From: Hydrolagus colliei
Taxonomy: Eukaryota
Reading direction: 5' to 3'
Assembly (NCBI GenBank): GCA_035084275.1
Contig: CM068749.1
Coordinates: forward strand, 15,748,001-15,812,000
Length of the DNA stretch: 64,000 bases
Shown: positions 1-13,234 of the stretch, one piece after another
How the letters are laid out: every line of letters begins with the position of its first letter
Numbering within the stretch: position 1 is the stretch's first letter
The notes under the pieces: model-generated
What the model was told of the DNA's origin: nothing
Database searches by the model: none
Seen by the model: only the letters and a program-made list of their open reading frames with translations
Position numbers and translations under genes: made by a program

Positions 1-847
1 GCTGAGAAGTAGTCTGTGCAATAATAAGTGCAATCACATCATTTTTGCTTGATATAACTATTCTGCACAACTATGCTGTGAAATCTGCCCTCTCTTTGCT
101 TGTGTAAGTCTCAATTTACTACTGTATATCCATGCACAGAATGGCAATGTCTCCAAGTGTTTAGCTCCACTTGCCGTGATCACGCCAGATGTGGAACACT
201 GGTCCTGTGTCAGAAAGCAAATGAAATGATTGACGTAACTAATTTTTGGGGGGATCAGAACCCTACCAGAAGTCTATTATCTCCTTTAATCATCAGCTTT
301 TATTTTATACACATGCCTGCGGCAAAATCCTGTTTTCTGTATATAGACATAACCCCCTGCTGAGTGTTGGCTCCAAGATGAGAAGGGGTCCTGAAGAATC
401 ACTTAAAGGAAAATAGCTTTCCTTCTCAGCAGATTGCGTTTACATTAGCCTTGTGAATTCAGACGAGTTAAAATTGATTTCAGCCTTTTGCCAATCACAC
501 TAATAGATTGTCACCAAGCTGAGATGGTAGTTCTGTTGCTGAGTTTATTTCTCTTTAAAGCTGAATCCAGGAATGCAGCCAACTGCTCTGATTTGTGATT
601 GAATAAGAAAAAAAGTGTCATTATTTTCATGAGGATTTCTGTTATTCACTAGTGTATTGTTTGAACAACTAGATGATTGTGTACCTTTTTAAAAGAAATT
701 CATACTCCATTATTGTACTAAAGAGTAATATCACTACATCAGGTGTACTCTCACTCACTTTCACCTTTCATTCTCATTCTCATTGATTCACTCTCAGTCA
801 TTCACTTGCTTGCTCAGTATAGAGTATAAAGTGTAAATGCTCCTACA

Positions 848-1152
848 TTATAATAAAAAGATGCATTTGATACAGCGCTTTCCACATTTTCTAGACATCT
901 CAAAGCGCTTCACTGAATATACTGTAAAGTGAATTGATTGTATATTTTGTGGGCAAATCACGGACGCCAATTGTGCACAGCAATGTCCCACATGCAGTCA
1001 TGTGACCAAATTATTTTTGCTTTTTTTCTTGAGGGATTATTAGCAGGTATATGGAGTAAGGAAACCTCCCCAAGCTTTCGCCCCGCTGGGAATCAAACCC
1101 AGGTTTCTCGCATGCGAAGCATTTGCTTCTATCCAGTGAGCTACAGGACTCC
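848..1152 (-). mobile_element. Full-length tRNA-derived SINE (main family: tRNA-Ala-like head, Deu-type core, L2-like tail)
   Basis: Minus strand begins GGAGTCCTGTAGCTCACTGGATAGAAG (A box), then GGTTTGATTCC (B box), core GTGGGACATTGCTGTGCACAATTGG and tail GAAGCGCTTTGAGATGTC...AAAGCGCTGTATCAAATGCA. Aligns by eye to the copies at 24081, 26311, 33959, 37758 and 52643. Confidence 0.92.
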
Positions 1153-3520
1153 ACATTAGATGCTACACTGAACTCAGTCTGCAATCAATGAAAATGTGCA
1201 ATTTGTAGACATGAGAAAAGACAAGCCTTTCATGAAAATTAAGTCGATCACTGCAATTGAGTTATGTGTGTGATATTCAGTGAATATCATCTGACATACA
1301 AATTATAGAGTGTGCAATATGACATATATTTGGACAATATTCCTCAACAAGGATGCACAGAAATGGTCAGGAGGGATATTTTGGGGCATTTTATGGCATT
1401 TTAAATTTTGATTATTAAAATGCAGCCATTCTTCACACCCAGCAAGATTCATATCAATAAAGTGAGAAAGCTTTTGTGACAGAGGTAAGGAGGAATTTTA
1501 TACTGGGCTGCAAAATGAGATAAGTGACGTTCCAAAGAGGAACTTAATTATTTTTTTACATCTCAATGTAAAGGTTGAACGTCAAGATGAAAGACGAAAA
1601 AATGTTATGGACAAGTCTGGTTTACGGTCATTGGAATGAAAGTGAGGATTAGTTGTTTCGGGTTCACTGGTTAAACAAACTTGTATAAAGAAACAGAGCC
1701 ACTCAAGGAAGTTGTATCGATATCGCTTTTTGAAGCAACTGAAATGACATTATGTCTGATCATTTTGCGGTAACTTCTGATATATAAAATAAATAGTGTA
1801 TGATCTGGCAGAGTATTAAATCTTGAGAAACAATATGAAAGAGCTGAAATTTCAAAAGCAAAAGAGATAGTTGGGCTACTGAATGATAATTCTGAATAGT
1901 GTTGAATCTGGCTATTATTAAAATAACACTATGGGGAGAAAAACTGTAGAAGGCACTTTTCAAAAATAATTGAAAATAATTGCAGAATGAATTGATCAAG
2001 AATTAAATAGTGGAAATGACCTTGATCAACAACGACCTCTAGAACTCCCTCCATCCCACCCCTTTTCTCTCTCTTTAAATTCTGCAACCATATCTATGGT
2101 GACTGCCTCCCTTCCTCCTCCCACTCCTCTCTCAGGCTACGTAAGTACAAGTTGTTCTTCACCCATGGAGGAAGAGAAAGGTCCCAAATTACGCTAAAGC
2201 AAACATTATTTCGATATAATCTGACAGACCTTGGTAAGGAACTCAGGCATGTCAATGAAATTATTCCTTGGATAGGTTTTACAGAAGGGTGATCACCCAC
2301 TCAGCAGTGAATATAAGTTCTAGGCAGATACAGTTTCGCTGTAAATTGTGCGAAAATCCATTGTAACCTAAAATATAGTGGCCTAGTTTTCAGGCTCAAT
2401 AGGGACGTCGGTTCAGATACGGCAAGATGCATGTGCTTAGCCACTTTTAAAATCATCATAATTAACTTTTTTTAAACTCACCAAGTGCAGCAGTAAGTTT
2501 CTAATTGGGCTGTGTCCATGCCACGTTTTAGGAGCCAAAGCGTAACATTTCCACTTAGATACCATAATCCATTAGACTTACCACCTGCTCGGTATTTTCA
2601 GAATCGTGGCAGTGAATGTGAGGAATCAAGCCTGAGTGAAGAAACACCACATTTCAGAGCCTAGCTGAAAACTGAAGCGATCATGGTGGTTCGAATTACG
2701 AACCAGGCACCACATTGGGGTTGAAAATACAGATCTTGCAACAGGGAGTTGCAAATAATGACTTCTGCTGCAACTAGATGTATCATTGATTCAGCCCACA
2801 GGGGACTGTGTTCCAAATCACCCTCAGAAGTATATTGCAGAAGTTCCCACAGGTCTACATGATGTACACCCTGCTATTGGTACAAGTTGCCATTTGTAAC
2901 TGCTCGATGTAAACACCACACTGTGTTTCTTTTTAAAAAAATCATATTCATGTTCAGATAGCCTTTGCTAAACAACATTAGAAGTGTAGAGTTAGGAAAC
3001 TGGAAATAGAAATAAATAACATTTAGACAATTTAGGTTGTTTTCAAGCCTTGCAATTTTACATGAATTTTTTAAAACATTTTTTTGAAAAACAGTAATGG
3101 CAAAAGAGATTGGCTTTACATGATTGGCTTTAGCTCCTCTTCTCTGGGGTTCCTGAGGTTGTGATTGGAAACAAGTCTCACTCTTAAATGCATTGCTGCT
3201 GCATTGAAACTCCTGTCCGATTCTCTTGCCCTCTTGCAAATCAGCTAACTGCAACAGTATGAGTAGTGACCTTTTCAAAATACTGTATGTTAGAAAGATA
3301 TGTGGAAGATGAAACATCTCTTGATTGTACATTATCTCCCACTTTGAACAGTTAATAGGCAGTGTTATATTTTATGGAGTGTCACACATATTTTGCACAT
3401 GTTATGTGCACTCACTGACTCCCCCCCCCCTCCCCCCCCAACCTGCTGCATATAACTCCATCTCCTTCATTAATTCTTACAAACGTGCTGGATAGAATTG
3501 GCATTTACGTAGGAGAGATT

Positions 3521-3884
3521 CTGTGGTCAGTTGCCACTCACCTATGAGTTAGAAGTTTATGGGTTCATGTTTCACTTCAGTGCTGTGGTGAGGGAATACT
3601 GTTATCAGAGGAACTGTCCTTCAGATGGGATGTCAAACCATTTATTCAGATGAACATCAAAGAACCCTTGGCATTATTCAGAAAGAGAAAGGAGTTTCCC
3701 AAGGTGCCGTTGCCAACAATCTCCCAGATAAATTCACTCTATTTGTGGAATAATGTTGTGCCCAAATTGGCTGTATATTTGTCTGCAACTCCGCAGTCAT
3801 TACATATCACAGTATATCATGTGAAGTGCTTTGAGTGTCCTAGCAATATGAAACATGCTGTAATAAATGTAAGGATTATTATTA
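3521..3884 (+). mobile_element. Old, diverged DeuSINE (SacSINE1/AmnSINE-like) copy
   Basis: Head CACTCACCTATGAGTTAGAAGTTTATGGGTTCA; Deu-like blocks CAGATGAACATCAAAGAACCCTTGGCATTATTCAGAAAGAG and TTGTGCCCAAATTGGCTG; tail GTGAAGTGCTTTGAG...AAATGTAAGGATTATTATT. Similarity is to a recalled consensus. Confidence 0.75.
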
Positions 3885-4169
3885 TGCAATATTATGGAAT
3901 ATTATGGGTTATATGACCATTGTATTTGTATTGAGGTGGTTATGGAATGATCAGTTGATATGACGTGATACTTTAACTTGCATAGCTGAGCTGGAGAATA
4001 TAGAAACATTTATATAACGAGAGTTGAAAATGATGTGATGGGTGATGGAAAGAATAGGAAATGGTGGAAGAAATTTAGCATCATGAGTTAAAGTCTGGTC
4101 TGATAGTATTCTGAAAGTAATGCATCCATGGTTTCCTAGTAGCAGGAGCGAAACATAGAAAAGACTTCA

Positions 4170-4480
4170 ACGTAAAGTAAAATGGAATGGAAAAAAAAAT
4201 TAATGAGTGATTTAGAAAGACTGATTAGGAATGCATTTGCAGCAGATGCCCTAATGATGAAAACTATGATTGAAGGTGTCAGAAGCTGAATACCAGGTCA
4301 TGTGCAGATAATTAATGAACTAAATATACTCCCACGTTCATGAATGGTTGCACAGTTTGAAGATGTCAGGAAAGGAGGCTCAAAGTCAAGTAAATGGTTC
4401 AAAGCGAGAAATGCACCAAACAGTTTCCAAGAATTAGCAGGAGTTACAGGAAACAGGTGGTTGGAAATGCTACTGATAAT
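4170..4480 (+). mobile_element. Highly degraded CR1-type reverse transcriptase remnant
   Basis: INEL...MVAQFEDVRKGG resembles the CR1 RT motif INDL...VAKFADDTKIGG. Many stops and frameshifts. Confidence 0.35.
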
Positions 4481-4633
4481 TCCATATTACAACTCAGCAG
4501 GGAAAGAATGTCACATCTCATTCACAAACTTAATCGTTTTATTTTATCATTGCCAAAAAATTGCACAGCATTTACTATTTACCTGGCATAGTTAGTTACA
4601 GGTTTCGAACAACGTCTCTACACAAAACTAACA

Positions 4634-4704
4634 AATAATAATAATAGTCCTTGCATTTTATATCTCAACTTTCACGTTGGGAGGACATCTCCAAGTGCCT
4701 GACA
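4634..4704 (-). mobile_element. SINE/L2 3' tail fragment
   Basis: (AAT)n then CCTTGCATTT...TTTCACGT...GGACATCTC, the reverse complement of the shared tail. Confidence 0.65.
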
Positions 4705-5188
4705 GGATGTACTATACATTATGAAGGCAAATACAACTGAAGGTAGATTTAGATATGTGATGATTTCAAAACTAATCTGAATAATGTACATGCTGGAACT
4801 CATTTTCTACGTAGGTAGGTTCCTGTGACGTAGCATGATATGTGTGAAATGCCTATAGCTATTATTTACAATCCCCACCTGATTCTTTATGATGAATCCC
4901 CATTCAAAACTTTCCAATGCTAAGAAGCTTAATTTTATTCAAAAAACATTTGTTGCATGTAGGTTTCAGTTCGATATCTATTTTCTCATGGGACAGAGAT
5001 TTTTCATGCTTCAACCAAAGCCAATTGAAAAACTACTCAGAATATGAATTGATTCTATTCTTAAAAATGCCTCTTTCCTCTCTCCGTGATTATGGCATAA
5101 TACTTCTTCATTCCTTCCACTAGTAATAATTGTGGCATCTCGTGAGTAACACTGAGAGGTTGCTGCCAAACAATGGACAGGTTCACAC

Positions 5189-5355
5189 TATAATAATAAT
5201 AATCCTTGCATTTGATATAGCGCCTTATCACGTCTTCGTGACGTCTCAAAGCGCTACACAGAATACACCGTAAAGTGAATCGACTATATTTTGTGGGCAA
5301 AACATGGCAGGAAATTGCACACAGCAGTGTACTGCAAGCAGTCGTGGATTGATAA
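5189..5355 (-). mobile_element. 5'-truncated main-family SINE with well-preserved 3' stem-loop
   Basis: (TAA)n-TCCTTGCATTTGATATAGCGCCTTATCACGTCTTCGTGACGTCTCAAAGCGCTA, then core TTGCACACAGCAGTGT. CpGs are retained. Confidence 0.9.
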
Positions 5356-5560
5356 TATGAGCTGAGATTGCCTGTCCTGATTTCTCCTTGCACTAAAAGC
5401 CAGCAGGGAAAAGACAATCAGTCATCAACAGATCAATCAGCATTTGAAAGCAAAGGATTGGTTAACATTTTGATGTTAGTCTTCAATAAATTTGTAATAC
5501 CAGAGTTCAGCTGCAGGGGCACTTCCTACCACCACAGGGATAATCTAAACTTGTGTGAGT

Positions 5561-5680
5561 TCTGATGAATGAACCGACAAAAACATTAACTTTTCTATTT
5601 CAGGTGCTAACTGATCTGCTGTGAATTTCCTGTATTTTCTGGTTTTATTTCACATTTCCATCACTCACAGCTGTTCGTGC
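5561..5680 (+). mobile_element. Degraded Penelope-like element terminal repeat (hammerhead-type region)
   Basis: CTGATGAA...AAACATTAACT...CAGGTGCTAACTGATCTGCTGTGAATTTCCTGTATTTTCTGGTTTTATTTCACATTTCCA resembles the recalled shark Penelope-type end (CTGACGAAGG...GAAACGTTAACT...CTGACCTGCTGAGTATTTCCAGCATTTTCTG). Confidence 0.5.
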
Positions 5681-5694
5681 TTCTGTCATCTGTC

Positions 5695-5745
5695 TGCCCT
5701 ATATTTGAACTTGAATCTGGGAGGTGAAAGGATAGTGTTCTAACC
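5695..5745 (-). mobile_element. tRNA-derived SINE head fragment (LF-SINE-like head)
   Basis: Minus strand GGTTAGAACACTATCCTTTCACCTCCCAGATTCAAGTTCAAAT, i.e. A-box-like sequence, CCTTTCACCTC, B-box-like sequence. Confidence 0.35.
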
Positions 5746-7434
5746 TTCTAGATTTTATTGGAATATTTGTGGTGGGAAAAGCATAATTCTGTGGCTATGA
5801 TAATCTTAAGTCTTGTTGGATTTAAAATGAGAAGACCATATTTTCACTAGAACAGGGCAAAGCTTTGCAATGCATAACTTGCCCTTTCTTATGATTGATT
5901 GTTATTGGAGATTCAGTTTCTCTGAATATTTCGATGTACTTTATGCACTTTTGATTCAGAAAAACTATTGAATCCAAAGTAATGCAAGCGACTAGCTTCA
6001 TCGATTCTTTCAGTGAATATAACTGTTAGATATATGACTCTACTGGAGGTCAATGAAAGGAATCTGCCTTTGAAAATATCCTACAATTTATTATGTAGTT
6101 TTTGAGTTAATAAACAGACTAAAGTTCAAGAGCTTAATATAAACAAAGTTGAGCCTGAAATGTCAGCCTGATGGGTAGCAAAGTTGGAATATAATCCCTA
6201 GGTTTTGCAAACCCTGTAAAATTATATACATAGATGTAGAAGTCGTGAAACAAAATAAATTTGGATGTTCGGTGTATTTGATGTGAACTGCAGATGGCCA
6301 GTGGTAAGCAACGTTTATTATTTATAACTTGCATTGGATGAAATATTACTAAATGTGCTAAATACCTTCATAAATCTGCTTTTACGTTTCACTGTGTTAT
6401 ACATCTTTGTAATCCCTTAGAAAGCTAGTTTAAACCAAATTACTGCTTATTCTCAAGAGCCTTGCACCCAAACAAAAGTAATATAAATTAAAAGAAAGGC
6501 TGGCTGTAACATTCAAACAGATAAATCAACAACATCTTTATCGCGCAGCTGGTAAACCACAGGACAAATCTCGTAAACAGCTCACAGGTAATGAAGAACT
6601 AGGCAGAGAGCAACTAATTGTAAGATATTACCTGAGGGAGAATCATGGCAGACAGGGACTGATGGGATAATGCATATTATGTTTAAATGATGGAAGACAA
6701 AACAGAAATTATTTGAAGAGGAAAATAAATAGTGCTGCTCAAAATACCAAACAGGCACATTTGAGGCAGAAGTACCACAACGGAAGTTGTCCATCTATTC
6801 CCAAAGGTTCATTCATATAGCATTCGCCAGACGTGTTGTCCTTTCAGTTGTTTTGTTAACAGCTCCATTAAGAAACACACTGACACATAATGTTAGACAA
6901 AGCCTTGTTTTGAGAGTGCAGTTTATTTCAAACTGGATAGATTACCTCAACTGGAAGTATAATCAATGCTTCATGTGAGATCATGGTTCAGAAAGCACAA
7001 TTTCTCATACTTTTTGCTTCCGTTCTCATAATGAAAGTGAAAATATTGAATGATTTCCTTGTCTCTTCATTGTTACTGACAAGCAATTTGGGGGATTTAG
7101 CATATTTCAACATGAAGTGTGTCAGAAAGCCAGCAAAATGATACAGCTGTTATCAGCCAGCAACTCAAAAAGATGGAAGATTCACATTATTGAGCTCTCT
7201 ATGAACATTCACTTCGAATCCAGTGCCCTTGTTGTACCATTTGTTTCAAGTCTAATGTACGATCACAATGTTGGATGTCTAATGTTGGATTACAAATTTG
7301 GCTGGACAATCATTGGAGCTGTTAAATCCTACTCTCATCCAGCTCTATCATCTCTGCCCAGCAGCGGAATAGCTCCTCATTGGTCTAATGTTGACAAAAT
7401 GTCTTAGAACCCAAAGCAACACATGAATGATGCA

Positions 7435-7582
7435 TAATAATTATTATTATTGTTGCATTTGATGTAGCACCTTACCACTTCATTGAAATATCTTAAAATG
7501 CTTCACAGGATATTCTGTAAAGTGGTTTGTCTGTGTGTTTTATGGGCAAAATGCAGCAGTTGTGCACAGCAATGCCCCACAC
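7435..7582 (-). mobile_element. 5'-truncated main-family SINE
   Basis: TTGCATTTGATGTAGCACC...ATGCTTCACAGGATATTCTGTAAAGTG...TTGTGCACAGCAATGCCCCACA. Confidence 0.85.
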
Positions 7583-7957
7583 TTCTTTTCAGATGCACAC
7601 AGCAGTGGAAGAAATAGTTGAGAGATATTTAAGCAGGATAAAAGTATATTGTGTGAGTGTATATACATACAGGGAGAATGAGGTTAAAAACAAGCTCATG
7701 ACTTGGAAAAAAAATTTCACCTTTCATTTATTTTGCGGAATGGTCCAATTATTTGATGTTTAAGTCTAGCTTCATCCTTCCATTTGACAAAGTACTGATC
7801 TATTTTCATTGAGTGGAATATATAAAGCTTACAAGGTTCTTCAGCAGTGATAATCTGAAAACAGCATAAGACCTGAAACGTACTGGTTCATTTCTTGTAG
7901 TTTTGCAACTCGTCGGTGTGTATTATGACAACATGTGGCAGCCATGATAGTACCTAG

Positions 7958-7988
7958 ATTCAGTGGAAAGTCATTCAGTGGAAAGTCA
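7958..7988. repeat. 15-bp tandem duplication
   Basis: ATTCAGTGGAAAGTC occurs twice, exact. Confidence 0.9.
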
Positions 7989-9728
7989 GTAGCATTCTCC
8001 TTTTACAGATGTAAGGGTCGGAATAACAATCGGAACTAAATAGGAAGGAGAGCACAGATTGACTGTAACTGCTAGAGAGGGAGGAAGAGCAAGAGAGATG
8101 GGATTTCATGATAAACTAATACTGTGCATTCTTTTCAAATGTAAAGTGACGAAACTCTAGGTATTTTGCAAGCATCAAATTATTTGCCTGTAAGTCGTGT
8201 TTACCCTCAAGAGTAGAAATTAATAGTGATAAAATTTTTTACTGAAATATTGATTACTGTGTGTTTATATGCTGTTTCTAGAAGCAATTTGGAAAATCTT
8301 ACTTGAAAGTCTTACAGTTCCTTCCACATGTCATCAATTGGGTCTCATTGCCTTGTTCTAATTTTAGTTCTGCCTTGTTTGCACTTTTCTTACTCCAGTG
8401 GCTAAAATACAATTTGTTGCATCAAATGAAATAAAGTTAACAGTGCTTAATCCTTCATTTAGGTACCAGAGCTATTTAGATTTTGAAGCTTTAGTCGATT
8501 AGATCTATTGCACTGCAGATTGCAAATGATAGCTGAGAAAATAGTGCAGCTGTAAATGATATTGGTTAAACAAGACCTCCTCGCAGCTCTTTGCTGGTGT
8601 TCTCTGGAATTCTTTAATATTAATGTGTTGCAGTTTCCAAATGGTCATGTATTGGTTCGAAAGGAACCAGGGAACTGCTTTGAATAATTAGGTGAAACAA
8701 TGCTGATTGAAACGCCTGCAGTACAAGAGTCCTGAAGGTAAGACTTAGCATGGAGCTGTGCGATAGTGTTCATAACACAAAGCATCTAATAAAATGACTG
8801 TGTTTGGGATTTTCGTTTTGCTGTTCAGTATTTTCAGGATTTTGATATAATTTCAGTATCTGGAGATTATTGCACCTCTGAGAACACAGCGACCAAGAAC
8901 AAAGAATGCAGAAGCTAAATACTATCAAATCATTGACGCTTTCTTTAATCATCGAAGATGTTAATTAGCAATTGCCTTGAGTAAGAAATGTGACACAGAA
9001 TGGAAACTTAATCAGACAATAGGCGCTTTTCGGACAATGTGGGTCACATCACAGACTGCCTGCTGATCAGGGAGTGTGGTCCCACAAGATTTATAATCTC
9101 GGACCTTGACACCTCAGTGTTTTTTCTATTTGTATGCAATCAGTTACTCTGACAACTGTTGAAAACTGCTCAAGTTCATGAAATTTGCTTTGCATTTATC
9201 TTCATTTAGTGGGAGTGCCAGGAGGAGGTGTAAATAATTACTTATTCTCAGTGGGTGTCATGGTAACACGCAGGGCATTGTTGATCCTTTCATCCTGGAT
9301 TCATTTCACTTGGAGGAATACTGTACAAATGGAATAAAAATCACCTATCAAGTAGAAAACTAATAAGTGTTGTTAATAAATGTTTGGACCATCCCATTCA
9401 GTTTAACAACATTTAATTTAGTTATATGTGTAGCGTGAGAGGTGAGTTGGATGTGTAAAATGACATTGAATGGTGAAGTTGTGACGCAGTTGATGGGATT
9501 CTTCAATTTATTGTGGATTAGGTTTCTGCGGAGGAGGATGACTTTAATAACTGCTTACATTTAATTCCTGTATAATTAATGTTACTATTAATTCTGCACT
9601 GTCAGGAGTTAGGAAAAATAGCACATTTCTTAAATAGCGGGGTGGGGTGTCTCTTTAATGTTTTCCTCTAATTTCTTTTAGTAAAACGTGATTGCTAACT
9701 GCCTGAAAACAGTTCTCGTCTTGGCAAG

Positions 9729-9843
9729 AATGGTGGGTGTATGGGGATTAGATGAGGTGGAGGCTTATGCATAGTATGAACTCTAGCATAGACTAGTTGC
9801 GATAAATGGCTTGTTTCCATGCTGTAGCCTATTCAATTTTATG
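9729..9843 (+). mobile_element. Old CR1 LINE 3' UTR fragment
   Basis: GCATAGACTAGTTGCGATAAATGGCTTGTTTCCATGCTGTA...TTTTATG matches the CR1 terminus pattern (GGGCCGAATGGCCTGTTTCCGTGCTGTA). Confidence 0.55.
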
Positions 9844-12310
9844 TCTGTGTAAAATGTGCCACCCATAAAGATCCAGTAGGCCCTTTCTATATGCTCTGGA
9901 TAGCAATGGGTGCTACTACAAAACAAGATAAATTCTTCCCTGCTTTTTAATGGCGTGTGGATCGTCTTTGGAAGTAGGCCTATAATGGTTCTATAAATTG
10001 GTGTTTCTTTTTAAATATATTGGAAATTATGTGTTCTAAACATAATTTTTTTTATTGGGAAAAAATGGGATGGGGATATTGCATCAAACATTGCACCCCC
10101 AAAAGGGAGGGCAGAAAAACAGGAGAATTTTAAATCGGATACCTACCAAGCTGTAATGGATTAACATTCCAAGGAAATAGAGTTACACAAATCGATAGTA
10201 CACATGTTTTGAAAGAGGAACAACTTTGTTTGTTTGCACAGTTTTCAGATTCATTCTGTACAAATTTATTTGTGTATTATATATTTCCTTTATTTGAAAG
10301 TTAATGTTTGGGAGGAAAAATGCAATGCATTTTATTGTTGTACAGAATAATTATTTGCACATCATATTTCATCAAACTATAATCTGATGATGTGTGCCAT
10401 TGTGTAATAATAAAATCTTTTGTTTTCTCCCAGCTCTTCCATATTTCTTGTACTGGCCTGTTTATCATGTTTTGTAAACGGCTATAATTTATTGATGATG
10501 GCGAGCTCTGTGAGATGGTGGTTCTCATGCTCTCCAGGTACCATTGATGTATTTGCTTTGTACATTCACCTTTTATTGACCCTTATTATTTAAAGTAATT
10601 TCGAAATTATGTATTATAGATAACCAGGTTTAAGGAGCCTGGCACTGGTTCAACAATCTGCCTTCAATTGATTATATATACATTTTTAGTATATAGTGAG
10701 TGGTTTATTTCCTAATAAACCGTCACTGAAAGAAACTTCAGAATGCCTCTCATGTGATACCATATACTTTTAGTCTTGTGTGTCGAAAAGCTTTATTTTC
10801 CTGTCACAGATGTCGTATTGCCCCTACTGTACTAAAAAACAACTGTTCAATACAGATAATAAAAACATAACAAATAGCTGGCGGTGGGTTTATAGTTGAA
10901 ATTTAATCGTGGGACTCTCCTGCTGTTCATCAATCACCGAAGCTTTGCTCTTGTGGTTTATGGTGTCATCAGAACACTTTGATTGAACTACTTTGTGTTA
11001 AGTCACTGCCACCTATCTTTCTTCGCCTGACCACTGGATTCGAAATATACGCAAGAACATTAGAAACCATGAAATGGAAAAAATTCCTTCATTCATCAAA
11101 CATTGTTCCTGCCAAAAAGGACTCTACCCAACTCAACAATCTGCAGAACTCCCCGAGTCACCGCTCCCTCTAACCCTGAGCTTATCTTCTGTTCTCTCCT
11201 GCCATGACAGCTTTCAATTCACGTACTATATTTTATTTGACATAAATTCCATGTGTATTATGCAGTACGTGGAACTTGATCAAATGTCTTCTGAAAATCT
11301 AAATTGATTGCATCCAGAACAACTAAGTGTGATATGTCCTGAAACAATGACTGCAGATTTGTTACGCAGGATCTGATGCTTCTAAATCCATGCTATTTAT
11401 TGCCTGTGTGCTCATCAGATGAGTGTCAATACCATCCCCCATGAAGATTCACTAACAATAATGAGCTCAAAGGCAGATACTTGTCTGGGTTTTAGTCCAG
11501 TTTCATAGTTTTATTCCTTAAATAAAACATTTCAAGGTTAATTGAGACAAATTGATTCAACTTGTGTCCAAGTTAATGCTAACATGCATTATTCACAGAA
11601 ATGCTCATCTCTCTAAGTTCAGTTTGTGGTCTTGTTCACTGTCTGAAAGTTAAAAAGACTTCCCTTGCAATAGTAATACATCACTTGTGTTTGCAGCAAA
11701 TGGCTGCTTGAACACCAAAACCCTCTTTTTATATGTATATATTTGAGTGCTCTCACTGTATATTAATTATGATTTGAAATAAAAGCACTATTGCTAGCAT
11801 CTCTGAATTAGAAATGCATTAATGTTCACCAATGTATCACCCTGCAACACATCCAGAAAATGATTTTCTAACTGATACATGGATTCAGTACATGAATCAT
11901 TCATCCTGAACACAGCCTGTTTGTTCATCATGTTCCTGTTATTTTTGCAGAGCAAATGACTAAAAGGCATTTCTATTTTGTGAGTCCTTGGTTACCATTT
12001 GAAACCAAGGGCAACTGACTAGAGCACGAATTGTGGGGATCTGAAGTCTAATAATTTTGCAATGCAGTCAATGTGTAGATATAGAAGATGACAGGATTGG
12101 TCTTCTGAAAGAATGAGAACAAATGGGCTGAAAGGGCAAACTCCACATGAACCTCACTTGTATCTCGTGAAATACCTTCCCCATAGGATTTCTCAAATAC
12201 TTCAATTATGAAGCATATTTGCCTCTTTTTTTATTTTGGCCCTTGTGGTATCAGTACAACTGGAAGAACATTGCATAGTTTTCATGGTCAGCCTAAACTA
12301 CGAGATCAAA

Positions 12311-12386
12311 TTCCCCACACAGGGATTGAACCAATAAACTTCTGACTCACAGGCAAGAGTGCTGCTATCTAAGCCAAGTTGACATC
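12311..12386 (-). mobile_element. Old DeuSINE (SacSINE1-like) head fragment
   Basis: Minus strand TTGGCTTAGATAGCAGCACTCTTGCCTGTGAGTCAGAAGTTTATTGGTTCAATCCC, similar to the head of the 3521 copy. Confidence 0.6.
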
Positions 12387-13163
12387 CAGCATAATTAGGT
12401 AAAGGATACAAAGCAGCTCAATTTTCAGGAACCATTCACCTGATGCCTTAATATAAGCAATGTGCAGATTCTAGAGAAGGGCATACCTTTATCTACCTGG
12501 AGTCCACCACACACTCACATTTGGTAAATTTCCGATTCTTCAGTTTTGAGATCCCAGGCAGATTTGAAACATCACAATTTAGAATTTTAACGTTGTGATG
12601 TTGAATCACTCAAGCCAAATATGCTTATCTGAATGATTGATTCATGTTAACAAGCCCCAAAAGCAAAAAAAAAGTGTCATGTAAAGTCATTCAATGAAAG
12701 CTAAAATCTTGCATTCATTGTATATTACAGGAGTTTTGTTCTCAAATGTCTTGTCTAATAAAGGGCTACTTTATGCTTATCTTAACCCTGCTGTGTTTAA
12801 AGCCTTTCAGTCTGCTTTTATTTTTCATGATCTAGCTTTGTGTTCATGCAGAACTGCCTGATAAAAAAAAGTCTGCACTGCAGGAGAAATGCCAGCCACC
12901 CCTCTGTCTCATTAACAAGGATAAATACATAAGATGATAGATCTTCCTTTTAATTCAGTTCACTGAACTGATCACTCATTGTTTATTTCACTCAAGGCTC
13001 TTATTTGGCCACTGACATCCTGCTTAATTTTTCGCCCTATCACTTTTTAAAAATAATTATTTCCAAGGCAATTTGTTTGCAATTGATTCTGAAAAAAATA
13101 ATAGCATGTAGCTTTGGACTCTTGTTTTACATCAATTAAAATAATTGTTGCTTTTCTTTGAAG

Positions 13164-13234
13164 CAAAGCCATCCATGTAATGAAGGAGGCAAGACCAATC
13201 TGAAGGGTGAACCCTGCAGGTTCACCTCGGGCGG
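13164..13234 (+). other. Candidate 71-nt exon (unverified)
   Basis: Acceptor TTGTTGCTTTTCTTTGAAG, donor GG|GTGAGT. One frame is open (QSHPCNEGGKTNLKGEPCRFTSG) but has no recognised homology. Confidence 0.25.

Noticed and set aside
2874-3332. 152-aa minus-strand ORF
   Set aside because: No recognisable domain, composition typical of AT-rich non-coding DNA, and no convincing exon boundaries.
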